This document shows, in pieces, positions 35,596 to 48,104 of a stretch of DNA of 64,000 nt. Made by a program: the position numbers and the translations under genes. Origin of the DNA: Macrostomum hystrix (lineage: Eukaryota; Animalia; Platyhelminthes); contig CATNEN010000025.1 of NCBI GenBank assembly GCA_950097015.1, positions 1,736,001-1,800,000 on the forward strand, given 5' to 3'. Below the pieces are notes generated by a model. That model made no database searches. It had not been told where the DNA came from and was given only the letters and a program-made list of their open reading frames with translations. Position 1 is the first letter of the stretch. Each line of letters begins with the position of its first letter.

Positions 35596-36410
35596 ACCTT
35601 CTTCATCGACACCTTCTTCATCGATACCTTCTTCATCGATACCTTCTTCATCGATACCTTCTTCATCGACACCTTCTTCATCGACACCTTCTTCATCGAC
35701 ACCTTCTTCATCGACACCTTCTTCATCGATACCTTCTTCATCGATACCTTCTTCATCGACACCTTCTTCATCGATACCTTCTTCATCGATACCTTCTTCA
35801 TCGATACCTTCTTCATCGATACCTTCTTCATCGATACCTTCTTCATCGATACCTTCTTCATCGACACCTTCTTCATCGATACCTTCTTCATCGACACCTT
35901 CTTCATCGATACCTTCTTCATCGATACCTTCTTCATCGATACCTTCTTCATCGATACCTTCTTCATCGATACCTTCTTCATCGATACCTTCTTCATCGAT
36001 ACCTTCTTCATCGATACCTTCTTCATCGACACCTTCTTCATCGATACCTTCTTCATCGACACCTTCTTCATCGATACCTTCTTCATCGATACCTTCTTCA
36101 TCGATACCTTCTTCATCGATACCTTCTTCATCGATACCTTCTTCATCGATACCTTCTTCATCGATACCTTCTTCATCGATACCTTCTTCATCGATACCTT
36201 CTTCATCGATACCTTCTTCATCGACACCTTCTTCATCGACACCTTCTTCATCGATACCTTCTTCATCGATACCTTCTTCATCGATACCTTCTTCATCGAT
36301 ACCTTCTTCATCGACACCTTCTTCATCGATACCTTCTTCATCGATACCTTCTTCATCGATACCTTCTTCATCGATACCTTCTCATCGACACCTTCTTCAT
36401 CGATACCTTC
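35596..36410 (-). repeat. 15-bp array (ATCGATACCTTCTTC), about 54 units, inverted relative to 34606-34810
   Basis: Unit is the reverse complement of the upstream array unit. Confidence 0.95.
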
Positions 36411-36881
36411 CCATAAGCGTGTATGTACTCATTTTCAGGTTATTCAACTGGTTTGTCATCGAAAAATATCCGAAGCCCAGCACAGTAAAATGTGTCCAGC
36501 AAACTTAGACTGTTCAGAAAAGTGCGGGCTCGAACTCTTCTGAATTTCTGATCTTCTGGAAAGAGTTCGAGCGATGACGGGTCGGACGATGGCATGCGGC
36601 TCAAAGAAATTTTCGTCATCCGACATTTTGGAAGAATCCAATTCCCTGACAATACTCTTGTCAGGGAATTGATCTAGCAGAGTTCTTGAATGCTTGCTTA
36701 TGAGCCAGGAGTTTTAGGTTACGCTAACTCCTAAATCTGATTCTAATACGTGCATGGCCTCATTCACTCATTGAGTTCGCTTTCACTCCTAACAGTAAAT
36801 GTCTTGCTTCAAAGGACGCACTACTCCCTCAGGTGTTAAGAGTTAGGAGACACTGGACTTCTAATCCTATAGCTTCATTCC

Positions 36882-37005
36882 CTTGACTCCTGAGCACACA
36901 CGCACACAGACACCGTACACAGGCACACACGCACACAGGTGTGTACATCTGCCCTGACTTTTTCATCGTCAGACAGTGACTTTAGACAGTTGGCCCCTCA
37001 ATGAC
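36882..37005 (-). mobile_element. SINE family A fragment
   Basis: TGACTCCTGAGCACACACGCACACAG...TGTACATCTGCCCTGACTTTTTCATC. Confidence 0.75.
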
Positions 37006-37317
37006 GTCTTTACCTTCACCACTCTGTCACTCACAATCAACCCTTCAAGCTTAAGTTAGTTTTTCATGCCATTCCTGTATTTTTTGCCAGTTAGCTTTTT
37101 TAATTAGTTTGTTACAATGCAAAAATGCAACACAGAGAGCTTCAGAATCTGGTAGCGAATGACGCCCACTCAGAGATCCAAAGTGCGTCGTTAGAGCTCG
37201 CAAAAAAATCTGTTTATATTAATTACACTGAACCCCTTTGTGAAGACGTCACCATCAAAGTTAACCCTAATAATTTAAGGATTCATAGTAACCATGCTAA
37301 AAAGTTGCAGTAATTAA

Positions 37318-37935
37318 CAGTAGAACTACCAAGGGGAGGGAAATTCCCCCACCCCCTGACAATTTTTTGGCTGCACCCGAACGGAACAATGCAAGCACAC
37401 GAAACTCAAGAACACGGGCCAACTTTTTGTTGCGCATCTTCTGAAACAAGAAACAAGTTGCCAGCTCTTCAGACCGTCGAGATATTCAATGTTTCTGGCC
37501 GAAGGTCCGATTTTTCCTATAAGAGCTAGTGTATTTCATACACCCCTATACACGAATTAGCACTGCGCCTCAGTGCGGCCTTGCCAGGCCTTCAAAATTT
37601 ATCAGCATGTCACCCGAATGTGCCTGCATCATCTCCGTCTTCGGTGGTCACCGACCTTTATCTAGACGGACTGCTGGACCTTCAAGGGCTACAACAGGTG
37701 GAACTAAGCTACTATGGACACCCTGACGCGAATTTCTCAAATTTCAATGCTCAAGCCAAAATATTAGGCGCAGCTCAACCACAGGACACCATCGTCTAGT
37801 CTGTCAACCAATCAGTCACCACACAACGCTGTTAGCATTCGGGCGCTGCCAAAAAAATTGTCAGGGGGGGAATTACCCCCCCTGGTATTTCCTTGGTATA
37901 AAAACGGGCGGCAAAATGGCTTGGTAGTCCTACTG
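37318..37935 (+). mobile_element. TTAA-flanked MITE, best-preserved copy (618 bp)
   Basis: TTAA at 37314-37317 and 37936-37939; TIR CAGTAGAACTACCAAG vs CTTGGTAGTCCTACTG (1 mismatch in 16). Confidence 0.9.
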
Positions 37936-38213
37936 TTAACAAAGGTTCAGAAAGATTCAGATGACACACATCTGACAATTTAGCCTGGTCAAACATGACT
38001 TATCGGGGACTTAAAAGGAGATTTGAGAGTACGGCTGGAGGACTGACTAATCTAGATAATTGGAAAGCATCAGGATGCGCCCTCCTCCTTCAGTCATTGG
38101 CTGGCGGCGATCAAATGGCCCTCACACAATCGAATATAAGCGACAAGGCAAAGGCGGAATCAAGAACGCCGTGTCGTCTGACACAACTTCCAGCATTTCT
38201 AAGAAGCACAGAC

Positions 38214-39347
38214 ATGACCAACCAGACCAGCAGGCTTTTTGTTGACAGCCTGCAGTTTCTCTTCCTGGACTGCTGGAGCGGCGACCCCGACATGGCGATC
38301 TTCTGCCGCATCAACACCGCCCTGGGAGCCATCGCCAGTGTCATCCTGCCCATCTTCATGGTTGGCGGCTTCGTCGGTAACGGCCTCACAGCCTACATCT
38401 ACCTGTGCAAGCTGCGACCTCTGACTCGACAGGGAGTGTACTTTGCAGTCATCGGCATCTCCGACAACTGCATTCTGTTCATCACCGGTTTCATGTGGAT
38501 GTTCTTGGCCAAGGGTCTGCCATGGATCAGCGGGGCTAGAGTCGGCTTCTTTGTTGTTAATGAGTCCGACGCTGCATGTCGCATTGTGCGATACCTGGAG
38601 TCATTGTTCAGCCTCACCTCCAGCATCCTGTTCCTGATGATGGTGATTGACAGGTGTCTGAGTGTGTACTTTCCATTCCAGTTCCAGAGAATGACAGCCA
38701 AGGCTAATATTAAGGCATGCATTGCTGCAACCATTCTGTGTGTCATTGTTACAATCCCGATGGCCGTTCACTTTCGCTGGATTGAAATGGGAGATTTCAC
38801 GGTGTGTTATTTCTCCCTGAGCGGATGGGAGTACACCACCTTCTACACCTACATGCTGCTGCTCCTGTACCCGCCTACGCTGCAGTTCTTCATCATCCTA
38901 GTGGCTAACGGCTTCCTCATCCACAAGATGCGCCAGATTGTGACCGAACGGGCTGACCTCCGGGCCGGTCAGTGCGACAGCAAGCTCGCCAACACCGTCA
39001 TCTGTGTGGCCCTGTCCGCCATTCTCCTAATCAGCTCGTTTCCCACCGTGGCTGCGGTTCTGTTCGACCTGGTCCTCACTCTGAGTGGCATCGAAATCGA
39101 CCCCAGCGTCAAGAAGCTGATTTGGAGCCTCATCGACATCGGTCGGATTCTGATCCTGTTCAACCAGTCGGTCAATTGGATCGTGCTGCTATGGAAGAGT
39201 CGCCAGTTTCATGAGGCCTTCCTCGGTCTCTTTAACTTCTGCAACTTCTGTGGCCCGTCTCGCCGTCAGATTTCGCTGAGCTCTAGCCGGCCAACTTCCG
39301 GTCTGCAGCTGGAGGTCTACACAATGAGTGGGAATTCCCGGAACTAG
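38214..39347 (+). CDS. Intronless rhodopsin-like orphan GPCR, copy 2 (377 aa)
   Basis: Paralogue of 33127-34200; start placed at ATG 38214 (MTNQTSRL) by alignment with copies 1 and 3 rather than at 37995. Confidence 0.88.
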   Translation: MTNQTSRLFVDSLQFLFLDCWSGDPDMAIFCRINTALGAIASVILPIFMVGGFVGNGLTAYIYLCKLRPLTRQGVYFAVIGISDNCILFITGFMWMFLAKGLPWISGARVGFFVVNESDAACRIVRYLESLFSLTSSILFLMMVIDRCLSVYFPFQFQRMTAKANIKACIAATILCVIVTIPMAVHFRWIEMGDFTVCYFSLSGWEYTTFYTYMLLLLYPPTLQFFIILVANGFLIHKMRQIVTERADLRAGQCDSKLANTVICVALSAILLISSFPTVAAVLFDLVLTLSGIEIDPSVKKLIWSLIDIGRILILFNQSVNWIVLLWKSRQFHEAFLGLFNFCNFCGPSRRQISLSSSRPTSGLQLEVYTMSGNSRN

Positions 39348-41149
39348 TCACCATGGATACGGATAAGATCGTTAGTGATGGGTAAAGCTAAAACAAATTA
39401 GTAAACTAAAAAACTTACAAACTTTCTGGCTAGAAAGAGTTGGCGTTACCTGTAAATCGTTTTAATCTTTGACGTTTTTTAACTTAGAATTCATGTAATA
39501 CATCTTTACTAAGCACTCAAATCAACATTCATTCAATTTAATTCATGTTTTGAATTCCTCAATCAGTTTCATTACTTTCGATGCGTAATTTAATGAATTA
39601 TCAACGCTTCATATTGTTGACGATTGATATTAACTTGACAGCTTAGATGTTGTATATTTTTAGTTTGAAATAACAAAATATTAAAATGAACGAATTGAAA
39701 AAAAGATGTTTTATGGTTATAACTACAACTTGTCGTTTGTGTCTGAACTTTATTAGCTTAAGTCATGCAGTCGAGAGATTATATTGTTGTGTTGTCCAGA
39801 CATGTACGCAAGAAAATATTTTCTATAGAACAATTATCGATTTGCGGCTTTGATATTTAAACATATTTTTAAGTGAGCATGCGTAGGAATTCTGTCCTTA
39901 CTACTGGCTTTGTCTGTCTAGATTGTTATTTCAGTACGTCCGTGATGCACTTTATTGTTATTATCGATAGTTTAAACACACACAGAAAGCTTCGTTATAC
40001 TGGTACAGTTTTTAGATATAGCACAATAATACGTTAATTTTTGTTTAACACGCTTTTAAATGCTTATTTTAAAAGTACGTCTTTGTCAATAAAACTCTAT
40101 ATATGCAGCTTGCGCAGTTAAACAAAAAATAAAATGATTTTTCTTTTTGTTTCATTTCAGTAAAGTATTAATTATTGTAATCGGTTCCAGCATCACTTCC
40201 CAGTAGAAATTAGGGTTGTGTGGCTGCCTTCCCAGTCCACGGACTGAACAGCTGTACGCGTGCACGCGTCCTTTGAAAGTGCTTTACACCTGGCCCAACT
40301 GGGTCGGCGTGAGAACTATCTACGTAAGACTGTCATAATTAAAATTAAAACATTCGTTATTATAATGACAGCAGAAATTATAGTCAGCTAGAAATGACAT
40401 TTTTGATCAAACGGAGTTCTATGAAATTTTGATTCGCTATTTTTCAAGAACTTCTCACAAAGAGCACATACGAGTGTACATTACTGTTACGATTAAAAGG
40501 CTATATAAGTCACGATATGTTGAAAGTCTTCTTACCAAAGGTCAAAATTAGAGCAAAAGGTGACGGGTAAAATCTGTACATCGCAGCCTTACCCCAAAAT
40601 CTCAAAGAATTTTACACAGTTAGCCCTGGAGTATGTGCTGCATCAGGGTCGAATCAAAACGCAGGATCGACTCAACTCAGGAAGAACAAAGTTTGCTGGT
40701 TGCTGGCTGACATATCTTTCCAATATCTAAGCTATAACTTTGCTAAGGACACTGGGCGAGCAACTGCCAAGGACAATGTCGCGTCAAAATGGACCAGCCA
40801 AAGTCGTCAAAACATGCCTTAAAAATGTTTTTTTTGGGAAAATAAAACTGATCGTCTGACCATCACGTGGATTTTTTTAAACAGGCTTTTTAATCCCAGC
40901 TTTTAGCCTAAATTTGCAGGGTGTTGGTTATCAAAGGGAATTTAAACACGGGAAAAATCGTGTGAGTGTTTTCAGCGTCTCACGCGGGTAGGCTTGAAAT
41001 TTGAGAAGACAATTTTCCAGAGACACCACCTTGTGGGTTTGGGTAATATTGTGCACGTGATACGAACAGGAGTTAACTCATTTGCTAGACAAGTCCTGGA
41101 CTCTCGTTTTAATTAAGCGTCGAAGTCAGGGAAAATCTTTTGGAAGCTT

Positions 41150-41340
41150 GTAGCCGAGAGTCGGTAGTTCGAATCTTAGCTTAGACGGAAACAGGTTGTG
41201 TCCTCAAGCAAGGCACCTTCATTATCTAGTACCCAGCTGTAAAATGCGTGCCACCATTAACTGATCGTAGAAATTTGGTGGGAATGGAGGCCTCCCCAGT
41301 CCGCAGACTGAACAGATGTACACATGCAGCATTTGGGAAA
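41150..41340 (+). mobile_element. Degenerate CORE-like SINE copy
   Basis: GTTCGAATC B-box, then TGTGTCCTCAAGCAAGGCACC...CCCAGCTGTAAAATG as in 20556-20776. Confidence 0.6.
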
Positions 41341-41645
41341 CCAAAGTCAGCAAAGTCTGACCAGCCGTGTCCGGCGAATATGAAAGCGCAGATTTAACAC
41401 TCTACTATTAGTAATATTTAGGGACTTGGAATCTAATAAAAACACTAGGCCTCCGAAACACTGACTTCAAAAAAAAAATCTGAAAAAAAATAATAAAAAA
41501 TGGAAAAGCAATAAAAGGCCTTCATATTTAAGTTAGCGCTGAGGCGAGATTTCACATCCAGGAGCCTATAAGATCATACAGTGAAACCGTTGTTTTATTT
41601 GCTTTAATAGAAAACATTGAAGTCATCAGAGCATTGTTCATGATC

Positions 41646-41716
41646 GGTTTCTTTGTTGTCAATGAGTCTAAGTGACACCTGTAGTCATCCTGTTCCTGAT
41701 GATTGACAGGTGTCTG
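41646..41716 (+). pseudogene. Remnant of a fourth GPCR copy
   Basis: GGTTTCTTTGTTGTCAATGAGTC and CATCCTGTTCCTGATGATTGACAGGTGTCTG match two nearby segments of copy 2, with deletions. Confidence 0.65.
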
Positions 41717-42469
41717 AATTAAAATGAAGGTCGTAATGTATCAATTCATTAGCTGCAATATAGGGAAGATTGTAGCCAAGAATAGTTTCGAAATTATACC
41801 TGAGAGGTCAGGAGCTCGTATCGCAGGCCTATGAAAACAAATCGGGATGTTGGGTAAGACACAATTCTGGATTGTTTCAATTCAACCCCTGCTGTGAGAT
41901 AGATACCAGCTGAGGAATTTGAGTGGGTAGGGCGACCTCTCCAGTCCATGGACTGAACAGACGAACACAACACTAGGAAGGACTATAGTCCTATGCAGAG
42001 TACGAAAAAATAAAATTGAATTATACTGAAATGGCTGGTTTACTATAACACCAAGTGTCAGTAGCTTCTAAGACTGGACCAATTATCCGGGCCAGACTCA
42101 GATTCAGTTGCCTCCGGTTGTTATTTTGTCTTTGTAGCAGATGATTTCCTGTATGGAAGACAAGCTATCTGTGGTCTGGGGTATCCAATCATTGATCCAT
42201 TTCAGATAATCGCTACCTTTCAAAAGAAAAATTGAGATTAGCGAAAGACATGCGTTCTGAATTCCTTGGGCAGTTTTTTGCTAGGCTTTCAGGAAATTGC
42301 TTCCGACACAGTCCAGGTCAGACATGCAATCCAACCTTTGAGACCTGTTTTGTGTTGTTTTGAATGGCCCTATAAATACCGTTCCGCGCGGCAGATCTGA
42401 AGAAGATCGTGAAGTCCGGAAGCCATCGCCGATCCAGTCGAATCGAATATTAACTGCAAAATAGGCGGC

Positions 42470-43275
42470 ATGAACAACAGGACAAAGGTTCAGGAGAGCA
42501 CTTTAAGGTTTATTCACAGCCTTGAATTCTTACTAGCTGATTGCTGGAGCCGCGACCCCGACAGGACGATCTTCTGCCGCATCAACACTGCCTTCGGTAT
42601 CCTGACGAGTGTCATCCTTCCCATCTTTATGGTTGGCGGCTTCGTCGGTAACGGCCTCACAGCCTACATCTACCTGTGCAAGCTGCGACCTCTGACTCGG
42701 CAGGGAGTGTACTTTGCAGTCATCGGCATCTCCGACAACTGCAGTCTGTTCATGACGGGCTTCATGTGGATGTTCTTGGTCAAGGGTCTGCCATGGATCA
42801 GCGGGGCCCGATTCGGTTTTTTACAGTAAACAAATCAGACGCAGCTTGTCACATTGTGCGCTACATCGAGGCACTGTTCAGCATTACTTCGAGCACTCTA
42901 TTCCTATTGATGGTGATTGACAGGTTCATGAAAGTCTCGGTTAGCGTGAGCGTCAAGGCCTGCCTCCTGGTGACATTCGCTGACCTGTTCTTGGCCATTC
43001 CTGTCGCTGTGCACTTCCGATGGATCAGAGTAGGAGAGCTCACAGTTTGCCTGTTTCATATGGATGACTGGCAGTACCTGGCTTTCTACGTTTACTCTCA
43101 ATTGTTCTATTCGCCACCGAGTATGGCATGCTTTGCCACCCTGGTCGCCAACGTGTTTCTGATCCACAAGATGCGACAGATAGCCACAGAGCAGGCAAGC
43201 ATCCGGGCTGAGCGGCAAGGTGACAGTATTCTTACAAGCACCATTGTGTGTGACCCTGTCAACCATTATCAGTAA
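42470..43275 (+). pseudogene. GPCR copy 3, frameshifted and truncated
   Basis: Frameshift in a T run near 42820, loss of the CLSVYFP motif after IDR, and stop at 43273-43275 at the start of TM6 so that TM6/TM7 are missing. Confidence 0.8.
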
Positions 43276-43380
43276 CCCTATCAATAGTTAAATTCAAACT
43301 ATAAAATCTTTGCTCTAAAAAATCTAAGGACGCATAATGCACTCTTTGTATTATGCCAAATGCTAAATGCGGTTCGAGTC

Positions 43381-43569
43381 AACAGCTGTGCGTAACCAGG
43401 ATTTTGTTTCAGGGGTCTATAAAAATTGTTGTCTCAATTTAGTTTTTGCCCACCCTAACTGTGAGGCTGCAGTTCATTCGCACTTTAGAAATTTGAATAA
43501 AAAATTATGAACGCAGGCCTACGGGGGATGCAACCCCAACCCCCCCTTGGCCCTTGGAAACGCTAAGTG
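43381..43569. mobile_element. Possible degenerate MITE
   Basis: GCGTAACCAGGATTTT at the left and GGGGGATGCAACCCC...CCTTGGAAACGC at the right resemble common MITE termini; poorly matched. Confidence 0.3.
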
Positions 43570-44332
43570 TGGAGTCAATCGACACGATGGTAGCTTCATT
43601 TTCGTTGCGCTGATATTACGTAATGTGACGAAATTAAAATTTATTGAAAAAAGTGCGTGATCAAAGCAAATGATCTTTTAAACTCTCAAGCGACTAATCT
43701 ATATTCATCATGATTCGAAGGTGTAAGGGCACATAAAAAAGGAACAGCGCAACGGCAGTAACAAACATTACTGACATTTTTTAACTAACTGAATGAAAAT
43801 TCCAATAGGCCCTAACAATATCAATTGTTAGGCCTACTTTTAATAGTCGCTAGCTTTTAAAAGTAATATTCTATTCCTCGCTTTTTTACTCTTTGTACCT
43901 TTTGATCTGCTTAAGACTAGTGCTTTTTCTATGTCAGCATTTTATAAACATGGACCGCTTTGTTTTTCAGTCTTATGTTGTAAGTTTCGACATTTTCATA
44001 GACTCATAGTTTTCTAGACTTACATTAAGGCCTATATAAGAAACAAAATGGTTATGTTAAAAAGTTACTCAAAACTATTTATATATCTTTGTCAATCTTT
44101 AATACTTAAGCGTTTTCGATTTCCTAAATAAAGAAATAAATAAATAATTTTATGTAACTGTAGCAAAAATATTAATATAGATTAATTAATTAATAAGTAT
44201 AGATATGGAGCTTTTTGTACAAAAGTTACAAGATAGAAACTTTAGTTTTCCTGACTCAAGTAGTTAATAATTACTATTTAAGAATTATTGTAGGAGGGCC
44301 ATATGCAATAGCACTAGAACTGCAGCCACTGA

Positions 44333-46398
44333 AAAGACAATTCTGCCCATTTTCCTGACTCCTGAGCACAGGTGTACTCTGATACCATGCATATACATAC
44401 ACACAAGTCTGTACATCTGCCCCAACTTGCGGAAACAGTCCATTTTGGCGACATACCATTTCGGCGACAAGTCATTTCGGCGACAACCATTTCGGCGACA
44501 ATACTTTTGAAGCTGTTGAACAAATTTATTTTATTTATATATTTTTTTACTTTTATTTAAATCAAACAAAAGAAGTCACAAATCCATCAAATCGGCAGAA
44601 GCGCGGAAGAAATTGGCAACAAATGCACTGTGATCTTGATTAGATCTATAAGTTTGATTAAAAGTAAAAGACCTTACTGTCCCACAGGGGCATTCATGCG
44701 GCTGCAAGCGAGCAGAAGTCCCTCTAAAGTCCTGGTGCTGGCCTCATACTCCACCCAGAGACGGAAGTAGGCCTCCTGCCTTGCACGGACTGCTGGCCGT
44801 GCGTCCCGACGAGTGGCACCCTGGCTAAGTAGCGCTGCATCAATCTCAACCTGGCGGGCCTCCTAGTGCAGCAGCTTCAGCAGCAAGTAGAACTGCACAT
44901 TAGCTCTCATAGCAGGGCACTGTAGCTTGTTGTGCCAGCCTTCAGTATCATTGTTTGTTCTAATGGCTAGCCGATAGACTGAGAGCTCCTGCACTCGCCA
45001 GCTGGAGCCGCAGATTCACGTGCACTGGATGTAGTCACATAGGCCATTCAGTTCAACATCGGTGACCATGCTCCGCAGTGTGTAGAAGGCATTCGCGATT
45101 CTGTTGCCAGGCAGAAATGGCAATACCATAAGTTGTCGGCAGAACGTCTGCGTGCTGTCAACATTCGAGTACGCTGGTGTGAGGCCAGTGGTGAGGATGC
45201 GGTGGTAGATAGCCTGGGTGAAATGAAAGGCACAACCACGCCGCGTTGCTGTTGGAAACTCGGTGTGTACTGCTCGCCACACCGCTGTCTCGTAGTCCAT
45301 CATGCACTCAGATGGCCGGCCATAGAGGACATCACGGGCGAAAGTGAAGACTAAGCGGTAGTCCTCGTAGCCTCTACCATACATTAGCACCATTAGCAAT
45401 GGCACCTGCTTTAAGTGCCCCTCAGGGCCGACAACAAATGTGTGCAGTGAGTACAGCTGCTGAAATGGCGCTGGTACAACACTGAATGTGCCGTCCAAGT
45501 ACCAGTTTGTTGCACGTCGGAGATAGTGTAGCATTGCGGGTGTTGCCATCAGCAGATGTTGTCGACCAGGTTCTCTGATGTCATGCACGACAAAGTTCTC
45601 AGGCACCAAGGCATGCAATTCGAAATTGATGTTGGCCGGTTCCTCTGGTCGGTCTGCCGCACGCTTGCGATTGGCAGTGCGGGCCAGCAGTTGTGGATTG
45701 GGCATCTGCGGTCCATGCCGGAAGGTGTTGATAACTGCGAGTAGCGAAGTCAGGTGAAGTGTGAGAGGGCGTGTGCCCTGGACTATATATTTAAACATGG
45801 TTAAGTTGAACAGACTGGAGGTTGGCGGTATGATAACAAGAGTGCGCGACTGAGGGTAGGAGAGGAGGTTAGAATGTGAGCGGCGGACCAATCAGAAGGG
45901 AGGAAAGAACGAAAGGATAGAGAATGAGAGATCAGCCGCAGAGATAACAAGAGAGAAAGAACTAGACTGAACTGGACAATGTAAACAAGAAAAGTGCAGA
46001 GAACGAAAGAGTGAATAGAGGACAGAAGGCAGAGACGAAAGTCGCGACAGCACTTCTACCTGTGTAGAATAACGAAGTAGATAACAAACATGTTAGTTAT
46101 AAAATATTGGTGATGGCAAACAATGCTACTTATAAGTAAGACAGGTGAGGTTGACACACATAGAGCGCGGACCAAACTGATCCAAACTCGCTATTTATAT
46201 TACATGTTAAAACAAATACTATAACAGGAATACATTAACAAGTAGAACAATCAAATACATTACATACTCAATAAGCAAACACTATCAGATCCATTATTAC
46301 TGCGGTTTCGATGTTTGTCGCCGAAATGGACCGGATTCCAACTTTCTCACCATCAAGCAGTGTACACTTTCACTATGCCTTGGAGGTTTGCCCTCAAT
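44333..46398 (-). mobile_element. SINE family A copy split by the MULE (44333-44430 and 46339-46398)
   Basis: Joining the MULE flanks restores GTACATCTGCCC-CAACTTTCTCACCATCAAGCAGTGTACAC, matching about 48930-49000. Confidence 0.75.
44432..46338 (-). mobile_element. Decayed MULE (Mutator-like) DNA transposon inserted in a SINE
   Basis: Transposase remnant about 45740-44674 with YLDGTF, MMDYE, GCAFHFTQA and RTNNDTEGWHNKL; in-frame stops at 45016-45018 and 44863-44865; TIRs containing GTCCATTT(T/C)GGCGACA; imperfect 9-bp TSD CAACTTGCG / CAACTTTCT. Confidence 0.88.
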
Positions 46399-48104
46399 GT
46401 CATACATTACATAACAAGCCCCCAAGCCCTCTCTCTGTGGCTACACCCCAAATAAATGTGGCCTTGCTGCAAATCAAAGAACATTGATGTGATAGGCAAA
46501 CATGTTGATGGCTTTGCCACCAATATCCTATCTCAAATGGTTTGAGATCAAAAGCTTTTAGAAATTTTATTGCAACATGCAAATTGTAAACCAGGGTTTT
46601 CCATAGTCCTAGCCTATTGACAGGGCTAAACGATTACTGAATTTATTACAAATGCACTTATTTAGACTGCCTGCAATATAAACTCTTGAATCCATGGGAA
46701 GCACTATGATGGTCTTGAGGACTCAAGCTCCAGAAATTCTTGTAGGGCTAACTTCTTAATAATTTCCTAATCCTAATAATGCCACCAAAGACAAAGTTGT
46801 CATAGCACTATATAAACTTATTAAATCCTACTGACTGTTATCAAAGTTGTTACAGGGTTATACTTATTCAAATATTGTCTTATATCAAACCTATGAGTGT
46901 TTTTAATTATTCACTTTCTAAAGGTACTTCTTATTTCAATTCCATTTGGTAGCGTTATAATTTCAATATGGCTGATATTTATCGTTTCTATAACTTTACT
47001 GTATTATTTCTGTAAGTACCCTTGATCAGTCTTCATCTGTCTTTATCTGTCTTCAATTACTCTTCAATCAATCTTCAATTCAATCTTCAGTCCATCTTGG
47101 GCTTTAACAGTGGATCTAGGGTTATAGCTCTCCTTTCACTATATTCATTTCTCTTTCTTCGTATCTTCAAATAACTTTGAGACAAACACTTAAATATTCA
47201 AGCTTTCTTTATTCTGAACACTGTGAAAAACACAAATGTTTCAAATGTTTCAACACATTGATTTTCTTCTGCCTTTTACTTATGTATTTATACTAAAAAC
47301 TCACTCTCCACCTCATCTCCGCAACTTCATTAAAACCTTTATTTATGGTGCGAATAACCAAATAGCCTGTGCATTAAAACAAATTTTACATGCAGTCAAA
47401 CAAAAGAATAATTTTTGTGGGAAATTGTTTCTAAGAAATGTTCTGAAGGTGCCCTATCTCAAAATTTCAATGCCATGTGCATATTGTAGGGTTGTGTAGG
47501 GTTTCACACAACTTATGAAGTCCGAAAGTACATACATATTGCATTTAGTTGAGATACACTGTTATACATATCTGTAGGTGAGTTAATTACAATATTTACA
47601 AGCTTGTATAGGGGAAGCTATGGGACTTAATGATAAGTTATAGGAAGCTTTAACCTGTGAAAGCCCTCACCTGCGCTGCATAGCCTGGACCATAGCTTTA
47701 ATATACTTGTTTATTAAAGTATATGGATACAAATGGGGAAGCATTTATGGAAATGGATACAGATAGAGAATTTTGTTATTATAGTACACTACTTTATGCT
47801 AATAATATACTTTGTTGCTATATTTATTTTATTCTGTATGTAAACATATTCAATAGATAACATATTATATACAAAAATGACTAGGGTTTCAATATAATTT
47901 TTCATGACTTTATTGTGGAAAAAGTTCAAAGCATCATAACTACTAACTATTTTCTGTAGAAAACTCTTTCTTCTCCACAGCCAGATAGAAATCTGTATCT
48001 TTCTTCTCCACAGCCAGATAGAAATCTGTAGAAAACTCTTTCTTCTCCACAGCCAGATAGAAGTCTGTCAAGCTAAGGCTAATTCAGCAAACACTGGTGC
48101 GACA

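Noticed and set aside
35562-36416. ORFs (LHRYL)n, (KKVSM)n and the EEGID ORF at 34587
   Set aside because: Translations of the 15-bp arrays, with no unique coding flanks.
37995-38213. 73-aa N-terminal extension of GPCR copy 2
   Set aside because: No counterpart in copies 1 and 3; ATG 38214 aligns better.
46590-47890. Scattered AGGGTT telomere-like hexamers
   Set aside because: Not tandem and too sparse to distinguish from chance.
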